From Catajapyx aquilonaris (lineage: Eukaryota), in the NCBI GenBank assembly GCA_000934665.2, contig JYFJ02001014.1:1-64000 (forward strand): a stretch of 64,000 nt of DNA, read 5' to 3'. This document shows, piece after piece, positions 47,559-60,581 of the stretch (the first letter of the stretch is position 1; the number at the start of each line of letters is the position of its first letter). The position numbers and the translations under genes are program-made. The notes below the pieces were generated by a model, which saw nothing but the letters and a program-made list of their open reading frames with translations, was not told where the DNA came from and searched no databases.

Positions 47559-50311
47559 TCATCCCAAATAAGTAGCGAAGAACACGATAACGAACAAAAT
47601 GAACGCAACGGGATAGAGTAGATACGACACCATGTCAGCCTTTTCGGAGATTTTCCCCAAAATTGAACGGATTCTGCTGCTCTTGTCCTGAAATTGAATG
47701 AAACATTTGAATGAGAAACGTGGCCATTTTGATCAGCCAGATCTGTCTTACCTCTTCAGCTCCGCTGCTTTTCATGCAGACAACAAAGAGACTCTCACAA
47801 ACCGCTCCGAAAATAAAGCAGAAACAAAATCCCGACCAAATGTCCAGAGCCTGTGATTAAATGGCGAATAAATCAAGCGAAAAGTGCGCAAAATAAGCGA
47901 CATGAACTGTACCGTCGGATGTGACGTGTGTGGCAAGTGATTCTTCATTTCCGACGAAAGCACAGCCGCACACAGCAAAAGCACGGAGCTCATCAAAATC
48001 CGAGGTATTGGAACTGAATCATAATAAAGCTCATTAAAAAATTCATTTCGATTACTCTTCAGTCTCATTATTTGGGACACTGACCTGACGAACTCATGAA
48101 GAATGTGAAGTACTCTAGCATGACTATGGTGGTCAAAGGCATTATGATAGCTCGGATGTAATAGCTGCTCAATCGGTTCCACAGCATTGTCAGTCCCAAA
48201 CGGCCATATTCACCTTTGTTAAATTTAAAAATGACATATCCCATAAGTTAATTTGAAATAATTGCAACAGATAAATTGACACGCACCTGTGTGGAGACTC
48301 AAAATGGTGCTGCTTTGTCGATGTCCCACAAATAAGAGTGACTTAACATACATGCCAGTTTCGGTAAATCCGACTGCATTTTCACCTCTCCATGCAATGA
48401 GTATTCGCGACGTGTTCATTCCAACTGTAAACAGCACAATTTGTTAAACGACATGTCAGAATAACAGAATTTGGTCGCTACTTACAAGATTCGAAATCCA
48501 AGTAACACTCCAAGGAATCAAACGGGAACGAGTGGTCTAACGGTTTGCACTGGAACTTCACTGTTATTCTAAAATGATATTGTGCATGAATATTAGCATA
48601 TATTATTAGCACTAATTTGTTGCATAATATAAGATACGAAATAAATACTTTTGACTGTATAATATTGTTCCCTCAGGATCTATTGAGAGAAATGATTCTC
48701 CTTCTATTTTGCTTGTAGAATATGAATTTGGTATAAACAGATCCGGGATCCAAATGTGGTCTTCCATTTTCTTAACACGTAAATTGGATTCCAGCTTTGT
48801 ATTTTGACGGGTCAACCTGGGGTCAACCCATGCCTGACGAAAGTACATGTCTGCAGTCATTTCCTATACGAAAAAAATCAAATGAGACTTTAAAATCACT
48901 TCTAGGAGTATTGTAAATGTTTCACAATAGCAGTGCAATTGCATGAAAACGTGAATTAAAGCCAAGCAGTGAAAAATATGCGGAGCGAGTTAGCACACCC
49001 ACAGCTTGCACCTACATGTTTTATGTACTATTTAAAATGTAATTTCAGAAAGCTATTGATTTGCATTGCTTTCCCTTCAAAGTTGAGTAAGAAAATAATG
49101 TACGTCTGCCATTACTTTTATCATCAGACAGCACTTTTAGAATGCTGTATAACAGAAGAAAAAGCAGGACATTTTTCAAGCAGAAATTATGGTATATTTC
49201 ACATTCCTTTGCTAAAATTACCCTCGTGCGACATTCATTCACTGAATAAATAACTAAGTCAAAATTGCACTGCTTCCTCACTTCTAACGATGGAGCAGTG
49301 AGTCTAATGAACTCAGATCTCATGTTTTATAATGTGAAAGGGCATTATAATGATAGCGTTTTAAACAAATCCCTTTGAAGTTAACTGAAAGCAATTGATT
49401 GTTCCACTGGACTTGGTAAATTTAGGCGAAAGGTATACCTGCCACGTGGTTCACATGATTATCATGAACAAAGAACAGTCACTAACAATAATTAAGTTTG
49501 GTGACGTTAGACTATATTAATTTACAGTCAGGTAAAAAAAAGATGTACAATTATACTTGCGACAAGCCGACCGGGGTTTTTAAAACGCCCTTCAATTGAA
49601 CCCAAAATTAGGTGAATGACTTCCTCTTGACCCACTAATGGGATCTGTGAACCCAGTTCGTTGGATATAGTTCTAGACATTTGGAGCACGGAAGTGGTTC
49701 ATTTTACACCCTGCTATTTGAAGCGTGCATACCATTAGCAAGCGTTGAAGAGTATGGTACCTAAAGTCTTATGAGAGACAGGTTATAGCTTGGGTTATAG
49801 CATCGGTGTAGATCAGTGCAAGCACATTGATTCTTCGGCTTTAAAGCTTGACAAATGGCCTCGCAATAGAAGCGGACTTAAGTGGTTTATGAATGAGCTT
49901 CTCTTGGAATACAGGCTGCACCTTTCAAAGAAGCAATTACCGGTCTACTCCATGCCACTGACACGAAATTATCATAACTCACATTGCTGAACGTGCAATA
50001 TCCGTAGAAGGAAATCACGTACAAGGAGACGTCAACATGGACCGGACCTGCAGAGAGGTTGGGGCTGTATAACTATATGGCTATAAATCCAAACCACTCA
50101 TTGTCATACCTCCGTACTGATCCGGAGCCAATAGCGGATTGTAGTCTTTGGGTATAATAGTTTCAAACCAATCTCTCTCAGCAGCGACTCTGTCAGATTA
50201 AAAATTAAGTAAGTGGAGAAAAAAAACCTCTGCATGGAACCGGAAAGTATAAGGAAAGGTTGGTCTCTACCTGGCGACTAGAATGCAGAGGAGCAATTTG
50301 GTGGCAGCCAT
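47559..50311 (-). CDS. Divergent Cys-loop LGIC subunit 3
   Basis: Exons from 50311 (MAATKLLLCILVAR), ~50190-50110 (DWFETIIPKDYNPLLAP), ~50047-49984, ~48863-48648 (ADMYFRQAWVDPRL...IWIPDLF...GTILYSQK), ~48568-48486 (CKPLDHSFPFDSLEC), then loop C, M1, M2 (PIPRILMSSVLLLCAAVLSSEMKNHLP), ALDIW and M4 to the stop at 47559. Confidence 0.88.
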
Positions 50312-52155
50312 GTTGCAGAAGAACTAAACTGGCCCCACTCTCGGCGAGTATGTGAGAGACTGGCCTTCATCCAACTTAACTGGTCACCCACCACAATGGG
50401 TCCCCTTGAAAATGTCCCACTTGGGATTTGGCTACGTCCTTGATGACAGCTTGTTTTCATATCACACATTATATCCTATACATGGTGTGGATAAAGTTTG
50501 TGACAACCAGCTGATGGCGTGCGACGGTGACGTAACCTAGTTCTGGCCGTGTTTGAGTTTTGCATTGGGCTTGGGTGTCCACGAGTTTTGGCACCGCCTG
50601 GCACTGCGGAGATGCAAATTGCAGCTCCAATAGCAGAACCATGCAGGAGTAGAAAGCCCGTTTTCATAAAATGAGGAGGGCCTAATCAACCTATACCTCA
50701 CGTGAAAATGAGAGAAAATTGCTTCGTAAAATTATCATTCTGTGGTTAATTTTGCATCTGATTTTACTAATATTTGCTCTTTAGCGAATACCTATAGCTC
50801 TGAAAACCGCTTGAATATGACCAAATGCAACAATAAGAATCGCATTAGCCTTGGTCTTAATTGCTGGAAACGACAATCAAACCAGGAACGAGCTATTGAG
50901 TGACGCACTCTACCGTTATTTAACGCATGATTTACATAAGCTTGGTTCTGTCTGTGGCTTAGTTGCGATATATTGCAGATAGATTTGCATGCAGCACAAG
51001 TCTTCAAATGAAAATATGCCGAGCAGATTAATATAATACTTTTGGAAAATAAAAGGCATGAAACATACCCTGCAGTGTGGTCTGTCAAAAATTCAGCGAA
51101 ACGCCTTTGCAATCAACTGGATTAGACAGTATTTTCGGTTCCATTATTGCATAGGATTTTAAGTAACTTGAATTTTGCTGCATGAAATGAATTGATTTAT
51201 TCCGGAAAGTGGTCAATGACTACGCTGTAAAAAGGGACCATTGCAGTAATATTGATAAACCATCTTAAAAAAAAGTGTCCCTTATTCCTTCCAGGCAAAA
51301 AGGAGAGGCCTATTCTCTTATATGTTACATTATGGGACATACTGTTTCCAGCAAGTGCTAAGAGAGTTTATTAATATTCAAACGTCGATGCCAAGAATGC
51401 TCTAATTTTATCGGACACCCTGTACACCCTTTTAATGAATAGGGGCGTTGTGTTTGAATGCGAGATATAGGCGGCAGTCTCCAAATTACTGGCGCGAGGA
51501 CCGCCGATTATGTAAAGCTGCGCGAGGGGGAGTGTTAAAATGTGTTGATTGACCACGTCTTTCATCAGGAAGGGTTGAATATGTTTAGAAGACGCTTCAT
51601 TGGGCGAATTAAGGGACACGCAATGGACAAGATTAAAAACGACCTCGTCTTGAAAAGGAAGTCGAGAGATGCCACTGCGAAGGAACCACAGTCGCATATT
51701 ATTGCGACACCATCAGGCTTCCGATATACTCATTCTCAACAATGTGACCTTCACGGATGACTACAATATTATTGACGGTCAAGCCTTGTTACCAACCCGA
51801 TCTTATCAAATGGCGTCCTCGTCGTATTTCTAGAACTATATACATTATGCGGCATGCAAACAAGCTGCTGGGCTCCGTTTCGGGTCAGGTGAATCCCGAA
51901 GTCCCAACATTTGCGTATAAAGGGGCTGCTTAATTTGGGTCGAAAGGTCAAAACGTCACGTCCAGGAGGCTATTCGTCCTGGGGGTAAATCACCACTTTA
52001 TGATAAACCCCTTCGTTATCTGGTAGGAAAAGGCCGAAAGGGCTCTCCCGTTTCGACGTCCCGTCGGCATCAATCTCATGATCAAAGTCTCTCAGTTCCT
52101 TCTCATCTCGTTACCTACGGAGAACTAAGAAGCCTTAGCTGCTCATTTCCGCAAA

Positions 52156-54813
52156 ATGAAGACCTTTGTCCGACTTTTTCTCGCCACGTTGCTGCTTGGA
52201 TGCTGCTGGTAAATGACTCTTGTTTTGAACTCTTGTGACGCGACAAATTAATTTTATGAAGGGGATCAAAGAAGCAACCTTTACTTTGTGAAGGAAGAGA
52301 ATATTTTGCGCTTTCACCAGGTTGATTTTTAATCTCTTAAAATATTACGAGCAGTTTTTTTTGTCACACATGTATATTCCGTCTTTCTGGCAAAAAGGTT
52401 GCCAATTATGTCGCAATATTTCCAATCATCTGTCTTGGCCGAGTCCCCAAATGGCATGAAAAGATACATCCATTAAATTTTAACAAGTACAAAGCACAAA
52501 AATGTTGTCAGAATTGTACAAAATTATTACAGTATAATTATTGGACAAAATTGTAGTACACCTACAAACACATGAAATCACTTCTGCAACAGATAAATAA
52601 CATGACATTCAGTGGCCACATTCCATAGTGTTTCTTCTTCATACTCGATATATTTTTATTTTAAAAGGGCCAGAAATAATGACCTTCCCCAAGGACTCAT
52701 TCCGGATGATTACAACAAGAACGCTATGCCTGTTGACAAATCAGGTAAGCACAATAAAATAAAATAAACATTACAACCAAAACATTGCAAGATGATGGTG
52801 CCCATAATATTATCTCGTAATTAATGTAGCACATATAAGGAGTTAATTAACTCTAAGTGTTCATTTCACTGATTCGTTGTATACGCAGGGATGGTCCAGG
52901 TGAAAGTGTCTGCCACGATTCTGGCAGTCAGAGATTTCGATCCTGCTTCCTTGGTGAGTGAACCCGATGCATTTGCAGGAGCTCTTTTCGACAGGCAATT
53001 GAATTAAAAGGTCCGGACTGTCTTCTCTCTCCTCTTCTTCTTTTTTTGTGGCACCTATAGGAAGTAACTGCCGACTTGCAGATGAGCGAGAGCTGGTTGG
53101 ATTCTCGTCTGAATGCAAGCAATGTCACAATTACCAGCGGGCAACATGCGGTCTGGACCCCTGACTTGCGCTTCCCTAATGCAATTAAGCTTTATTACCC
53201 TGGAGATCATTACGACCAAATCATGATCGGAATTAATGGATCTATCACCTTTGATCAAAAGTAAGGAGAGGGCTATATATTTTGCAGCTTACGCTTTGAA
53301 ATATTTTGAGTGTTTTCCGGTATAATTTAAGTGGTTTGTAACTCAATATTCTCACTGTGGTTGCACTTTTCCCTATCGATTTTTTGTTTCATATTTGCAT
53401 CGAATTTGCCTCAACTTCTGACGACTCGATTAGGTTTTTTCAAAAAAAAAATATATGCGTAGTACAGTGTGAACTTTATTTTTTGTCACTTTTTGAGATA
53501 AGATCTGCACTGAAAATATTTTAGAGTGTATACTTTTTGATGTACTAATTCCATTTGTTTGCTGTGTCAGGGTCTTGGTACGAGTCCCTTGCAAAACTTA
53601 CCTGACGCGCTTTCCTTACGATGAACCTCACTGTAACATTACAGTGGAGCCGTGTAAGTAAATGGCCACATTTGTCAACAGCAATGAAAAAATTATTATT
53701 ATTATTATTCGCCTAAACAATTGTGCGTATTTTCTATTTTGTTTTATAGCTGTGTACAGGAGTGACAGGGTGAATTTGACTTGGGAGAAGCCAGTGACAA
53801 TGGCAGAAGACATTCGCTCACAAGCAGCCCCAGACATGATCTTGAAATCTGTTAATGGATCCGGTGTCAACGGCAGTAAGTTCAGCGTCAGTTACTGTAC
53901 ACGCATTCCCTCGTAACATACGCAATTGCTTCATCCAACAGATGTGACAAAGAGCAGATTGGTGATTACGATGGACTTTTCTCGTGCTTATGGATTCTAC
54001 GTACAAACTGTATTTCTACCAGTGGCCATCTTCACTCTCATTGCGTGTTTGTCATTCTTGCTCGATTCGCAAGGTAAATACCATATGTCATAGTCTGTCT
54101 GCCGTTTTATAGGCTGTTGAACTTTCACTCCTGATAAAGAGATAAACTCTTCTGATCATGTGAGTTACGACCTTGACTTGTCCGTCGGTTCATGCTGCTA
54201 ATTTGATTCGAGCTAATCATCAGCTACACTTAAGATTATCTCTTTTTCATCCGCAGAACCGATGCCTCGAATTCTTCTGATCACCATGATGATGATGTGT
54301 TTGATCAATATTTCTCAGAAGGTTCGGGTCGACCTCCCCAAAGCCTCATACTGCACGGTAATATAGCTTCTGATTGCAACACCCACCCATAAAAACCTAG
54401 ACATCTATTGACCTTTAACTCACTGTGACAGTGAGGTTGCTTCCAATGACAGTCGGCCGTAAGAATGAAACACAATCATGTCATTCCTTCCAGGGATTAG
54501 ACGTATGGACTGGCGCATGCTTCACCTTCATGACCATTGCTATGATTGAGACCGTTCTGGTCAAGAAATTTGGCGGAAGTTCAGGTCAAAGCTCTGGCGA
54601 AGAAGGTGGTGGCGAGGAGGTAACTTCGCTTGTAATAATAATTATTCATTTTTATTATAATAATAACAATTTTGTTTCCTTTCTTAGAGTAAGTCTGGCG
54701 CACAGGGAGCCATGCAAAAAATGGCCAAATGGGGTGATCGGATTCTGATCATTGCCTATCCCATCGGCTTTGTCGTTTTCTCCGCCATTTACTGCGCTGT
54801 TTACTTGAGCTAA
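52156..54813 (+). CDS. Divergent Cys-loop LGIC subunit 4
   Basis: Exons from 52156 (MKTFVRLFLATLLLGCC), ~52669-52745 (LIPDDYNKNAMP), ~52889-52953, 53061-53260 (WLDSRL...VWTPDL...GSITFDQK), ~53571-53653 (CKTYLTRFPYDEPHC), ~53750-53875, ~53942-54072, ~54257-54357 (M2), ~54494-54619 (GLDVW), 54688-54813 (GDRILIIAYP). Confidence 0.88.
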
Positions 54814-55204
54814 ACGTCTCGTGCAACGGCCTGGAATGCGATTAAATGAAGAATACGTTCCTAGAATCCATTCACTGTTTTTTTCCAGTACGCTGCAGAT
54901 TACAGTCACAAAAAAATTTGGCAGCAATGTTGGTTACATAAAGCGAAACTGTCAGCTCCTATGATTTATTGGTGTTTAATAAAGAGTTCTGATAAATGTA
55001 TTGGTGTGAAAATAAATTGCGCAACTTTTTCGTGAAACTACTTTTTAAAAATTGCCTTCTCCTTGTATAGTCTCTGGATTATGCAGAAGTGGCGCTTCAT
55101 AGCCACCAATAACAAACTGCAATCGCATTCAATGATGTGGGTCACAGTGATTTATCTGTGTCGCCGTGTGCAGGCAGCAGCAGCAGCAGAGTAGCAACCG
55201 GAGC

Positions 55205-57872
55205 ATGGCTCAAGTTTTTCTACTTGTGTTAGGATGTTTTCTGCTTGCTGCCAAGTAAGCAACGTTTTACACTATATACTGTCCCTAAATGGTTCATTTA
55301 AACAGCACCTATATGTAACGGAACCTGTTCCGGAACCAGCTCACTATTTGGTTGCTAAGCACTCTGTTGCCCAGATGTTCTGTGCCAACAAAATTGAATG
55401 ATGTTGACTCGTTATTTTACTTGGTGTCAACATAATGGGACTATTGTTGACATGAAATGAGATGAGTTGGAATAATTACTCTGCCGATAGCAACCAAATA
55501 TATAGTGAGCTAGTTCCGGAACGGGTTCGGTTTGTGTAAATGGCACCTGCACATAGGTCATACTGGTATATATTTTTTGCAGCTTAATTTTTATGTCGGT
55601 GTGGTTACTTACAACTGCGTCTAAATGGGACGAAGGAAGTCGCAACTGTGCTGACGATCTTGAACGAGTCATTGACATACGACAGATTACAATATCATGC
55701 TTTGTTACGGATTGCTTTGAGGCGGAACCGAAGTAAGAGTTAATTATGGCATTAAAATTACCTGCAGCACTACATTCCACAATAATTGCAGCGCAACCGT
55801 TGGAGCACCTCTTGTAAGCTGGTTTGATGGGTTTATTCCTAATGAATATAACAAGTATTTATCACCTGCAGCAAATAACAGTAAGTACTATTACCAGATG
55901 CTTCATAGTAGACAATACAGTATTAATTTCATTTTAAATGTGATTTTCTCACTTGCGTTGTGTTGGTTGCAGCACCAGTGGATGCCAAAGTGTCTGCGTA
56001 CGTCCTGAGTCTGAGCGAATTCGATGAAATTAATTCCGTAATAATTATGCAACATTAAAAAACAATGCACACGAACTGCATATTATTGTGGGCACCAAGC
56101 GCAATAATGTATGGCTGATATCAGCACAACACTAACAGTTTCTTTTCTCCATTCTTTTGCAAGGCAGTTGATGTCGTGATGTACATGAGGCAGCATTGGA
56201 CGGACCATCGCTTGAACTCGAAGTTCACGAAAGCGAATGGCAGCGTGTCTTCTCGAATAGGTCACGAAATGGTGTGGATACCTGACCTGTTCGTTCAGAA
56301 TGCTGTTCTGGTCAGAAAGCCGGATGGACCCAACGCGTTCTTAAAGGTGGAACCCGATGGATCTATCACTTACAGCCAAAAGTACGTACTCATCAGTAGG
56401 CCTACTGATGAGAAAACCTGGAATTGTCCAATTGTCAAATTGCAAAAAGTATTAAACGGAACTAATAAATTCTTGTAAATGACAAGGGGGAAGAAATTTG
56501 ACTTTCCTAAACTTCTTTGGCATTGGCCACTTCATATGCAAATGAAATTTCTTTTTATCTAATTTTTGTTTTAATTTTTGGTAGTTTAATTGATGCCATG
56601 CTCTTGTATGTATACATAATACCGCATAATGTGTCTCTCTTTTCCAGAGTAAATGTGCGAGTTCCTTGCGTAACGGAATACCATCACTTTCCATTTGATA
56701 CACTACGTTGCGGAGTAGTATTTGAGTCATGTATGCGCATTTGGATCCTTTATAATCGCCTGATATACTCTGTTCATTGCTATAACTACTCTTTCAGTTG
56801 CATTAACGACTGGTGAGTTCTCGCTGTCGTGGTTGTCAAAGCCGGGTTATTCAGACCATATCGAGGAGAAAACGTTACTGCCATTGAGGCTACTTAATTT
56901 TATTCATGAGAACAGAAGCTTCATCTCTGAGGGAGGTAATTTGGTATTTCACATGTCTTTAAAAACTGAGCTGGCAGTAACCTTCCTTAATTTATTTAAC
57001 GCAGGAAGGTACGATCAGGTGTCAATGGAATTCATATTCGCCAGGGCAATTGGCAGCTACTTCAAAAGCGGTATTCTACCTGCTATTGGCTTCGTAGCAG
57101 TAGGATACGTCACTTTCTTCTTGAGTCTCAAAGGTAAGGCGACATAATTACGCATTTTTATAAAAAAACGGGCATATTAACCACAAATATTATCCAATTA
57201 AGATGTGACCTCTCGTATTGAACTTTGCTCCATGGTGATCCTGGCGAGTGCCTTAGTGTCTATCAACTTGAGATCTCAACTGCCACGGACGTCCTTCGCG
57301 GTAATCTGCATAATGTCAAGGGAGACACATTTTCCTTGTTCATAATTTAATTGCACCACATCACATTCCAACACTCAACTTTGCAGGCTATCGACATATG
57401 GTCATTAGTGACGTCAGGATTCATTTCACTCTCCATCTGGGAGAGCGCATTGGTGCATAATCTGCACGCCAACAAATCGGTAAGATATTGCTTATTCCTG
57501 TTTATTATCTCCATCAGTAAGGGTGGTCATACCTCACACGTGTACCCAGTTCATTAGCTGTACTGAACTTATATAGATTATTTCAGAAAGAAAAAAATTA
57601 ATCACACCTTGACTGATTTTTCTCAAGCTGGCAAATCATTTCAATAATTACACTTGAAATTTTCACTCTAAAGATTTAGGTTAATGGAGATTTGGGCAGT
57701 GAACCACCCTGTACATTCTGGGGAAACAAGTGCGTGCGATCTTAAATGTCATTCCCTTTCTTTATTGCCCATTTTCCAGGAAAGGCGACATGTTCCGGAT
57801 CGAATTTGTCGCGTCCTCTACCCTGTTTGTCTGGTCATCGTAGGCGCTGTCTTGTACGGAGTGTATACGTAG
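55205..57872 (+). CDS. Divergent Cys-loop LGIC subunit 5
   Basis: MAQVFLLVLGCFLLAA; SWFDGFIPNEYNKYLSP; MYMRQHWTDHRL; VWIPDLFVQN; GSITYSQK; CVTEYHHFPFDTLRC; M2 TSRIELCSMVILASALVSINLRSQLP; AIDIW; PDRICRVLYP; stop at 57872. Confidence 0.88.
55317..55532. repeat. Imperfect ~45-bp inverted repeat (MITE-like) in LGIC5 intron 1
   Basis: AACGGAACCTGTTCCGGAACCAGCTCACTATTTGGTTGCTA vs TAGCAACCAAATATATAGTGAGCTAGTTCCGGAACGGGTTCGGTT. Confidence 0.7.
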
Positions 57873-58913
57873 GACACAGCCTCAATTATTAGCGGCGGAC
57901 GAACACATGGCCTGCTTCCTAGGCAGGAGTCTCTCCCATCGATACATTTCATCATGCCGAATCAACATAGGTTCCTTTTGTAATTGGCCCATTAGGCGAT
58001 TCATTCAGCTCATCAAGTTATTACCATATTCATGGGGGAGGCTCCATCAGGAGTGGGCATACTTTCATAAACTTTTTGTGCGCGTGTATTGGGAAGCCAC
58101 CGCCATATGTTATTCAGCAATTTGAAGCAGGCATGTTAACTGTACGAATTATGGCAATAAAGGTACACCCTGAAATAACAGGAGAGAAAAATATTTTTTT
58201 TAGTGAGGTCTTCTGGACTGCATGTAACTGCACACATGTTTTCAGAAGATAGTGTTGCTCTAGTTGAAGGCTCTTACTTATTGATATAACATTGGAATTC
58301 CTGCTGGTCATACAATCCAAATACAGCTACTGTATATCGACGTTTCCCTACACTTGCTGCTAAGTACCGTATTTATTTTATCAATATAACATGCATGGAT
58401 GCCAATAATGTTACCACTCAGCAGAATTTCCAAACATTTAATTTGAGCCAAGTATAAGACTGCTGTATTTTTTTACATACTGTACCAAAACATAAAATGA
58501 ACTGCAGATTTTCAATCTAGAACTTTGCATAAATGTATTTCAAGGATGTGACATCATAATATCACAGTAATCTAATTATTTTCTTGCACCTTGAACCAAC
58601 TTATATGAAGCCTGTCAAGCAAGAGGACCTCCCACTTTATCAGATGTTCATTGTGGACAGCACTGAACACTCCCACCGCAACCCTCCTCTTCCTCCAGTG
58701 ACAGGGTCGTCAACTCCCTAATCGAAGAGGCACAGCCCAGCTTCCCAAATATCGTTGGTGATTGCAGTGATGAGCATGAAGGCCATGGGCGGGCCAAATG
58801 AACATAAAGAAATTGGCGTGTTGTCTTTGTCTCATACACAGTTGGGCTGCAGCCAAACTTTGGGACGTTAGCAACCACACTCCACGCTCTGGAGGAAAAG
58901 GGTGTGGTCCACC

Positions 58914-60581
58914 ATGGAAATGGCCAAGTGCTTCCTGGCTGGGATACTCCTGCTGTCATCCGGGTGAGATGGTGGATACAGCAATAATGGTGCCACGTTG
59001 CATACTTTTGTGTATAATTTCTCAGGGTGCATACTGCGGAGAATTTTTGGTACGATGCTTTCATTCCTGCCACGTACAATCCACTGAGAAGTCCTGCTTT
59101 TGGAGGTAAGTTGTGCATCACTAGTATAATGATGAGATGAAGTGAGCAAGTTCTCGCTATTATTTGCAGGGTCAGTCCAAGTGGGCATAGTTGTGTGGAT
59201 CCTCTCATTTCATGACTTTGACATTGACAGTGCGGTAAGGCATAGTTTGCTACATGTGATCCGAGTCATTCTAAAATCTAATTTCACTGCAGCAATTAAG
59301 TGCAGACCTGTACTTGGGTCAGTACTGGAATGAACCTAGACTGACTTCAGATAAGACAAGGGTTGCAGGGCAGTTGATACTACCCCATGGTGAGAAGTAC
59401 CTGTGGATACCCGACACATTCATCCCAGAAGCTGTTCAATCCAAGAAATCTGATGGACCCAATTCCCTCGTGAGGATTGACCCTGATGGGACTGTGTTTT
59501 ACAGTCAGAAGTGAGTCAATACATGAAACATTGCGTCAGTCTGTTGTCATTATAATTTGTATTACATTGCAGGCTCCAGGTTCGAATTTTGTGTGACATT
59601 TCATATGTCAAGTTTCCATTCGATGAAGTCTGCTGCACAATGCCATTTGAATCCTGTAAGTGTAACGTATCAGCAGTGGTCTTGTCTTACTCAAATAACT
59701 TAAACATTTCAGTCTCAATGAATACCTCTCGGTTACACTACTATTGGAGGGAAGTTGGAGGTAATCTCACCAAAGCTGAAGATGTACGGCCAGACATGCG
59801 GCTGATAAGGACAGAACAAGCAGCCCACAATGTCTACATGGCTGCAGGTAAGTGTACTTTTCAATGTCAAATGCTGCAATTACAGCCTGCTCGATTTTCA
59901 GATGAGTACAGTAGGTTGGAGCTGATATTATTCCTGAGACGATCACCAACATACTACGTTCACTCACTGATGCTTCCGCTTGGTGCATTTGTAGCACTAA
60001 CCTATTGCACTTTCTTCATGAGCATCAAGTCCCCCACACCAAGACTCCTCTTGAATTCCGCAATGCTTCTGTCAGCTCTTTACGTCACAATGGAGATGAA
60101 AAATCACCTGCCGCACACTCCTTCTTGGACGGTACGAGTTATGAAAAAATAATGTGGATAATCCATCTCAAATTTGCAATGATATTTTTAGGGCATGGAC
60201 ACATGGACTGCCGCATCCTTTATCTTCATGATGACAGCAATGGCTGAAACCATTCTGGTCATATGTGGAAATGAACCTGACATGTCCGAGGTAGTAATGT
60301 GCACTAAAACACTAGAAACCCATGCACCATTTGCTCGCATACATTGCACACATTTTGAGTATCCTGGAGCGAATGAGGCTTAGAAGTTCAGCAATTTTTT
60401 TACAATTTTCAATTCAGTTCAGCAATTTACTTATAATAATGCTTTATTACAGGAGAAGCCTGGAAAAGTCAAGTCCTTCATACAGAAGAATGCCGGAAGG
60501 GCAGACAGAGTATTTCGTATCGGGTACCCAATCTCCTATGCCCTGTTCATCATCATATACTGCGGAGCTTACCTTGGTTAA
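58914..60581 (+). CDS. Divergent Cys-loop LGIC subunit 6
   Basis: MEMAKCFLAGILLLSSG; FWYDAFIPATYNPLRSP; ADLYLGQYWNEPRL; LWIPDTFIPE; GTVFYSQK; CDISYVKFPFDEVCC; M2 TPRLLLNSAMLLSALYVTMEMKNHLP; GMDTW; ADRVFRIGYP; stop at 60581. Confidence 0.88.

Larger units (their letters stand above)
40336..47852. repeat. Tandem segmental duplication: unit A 40336-43720, unit B 44788-47852, separated by filler 43721-44787
   Basis: Both units start in the last CPLANE2 exon (TAGAGGAAGTTGCGCCTCTACTC), contain a whole LGIC gene, and end at TCCAGAGCCT in the next LGIC gene. Near-identical, with scattered SNPs and indels. Confidence 0.93.

Noticed and set aside
58798..59109. ORF containing MVPRCILLCIISQGAYC as the LGIC6 signal peptide
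   Set aside because: Out of frame with the FWYDAFIP exon and lies in an intron; the start at 58914 with donor GG|GTGAG gives the correct phase.
40556..60581. Assigning gene symbols such as Rdl, GluCl, HisCl or GlyR to the LGIC genes
   Set aside because: They lack the PAR motif, the conserved M2 Thr rings and the second (loop C) disulfide typical of GluCl/HisCl/GlyR; orthology cannot be supported without a phylogeny.
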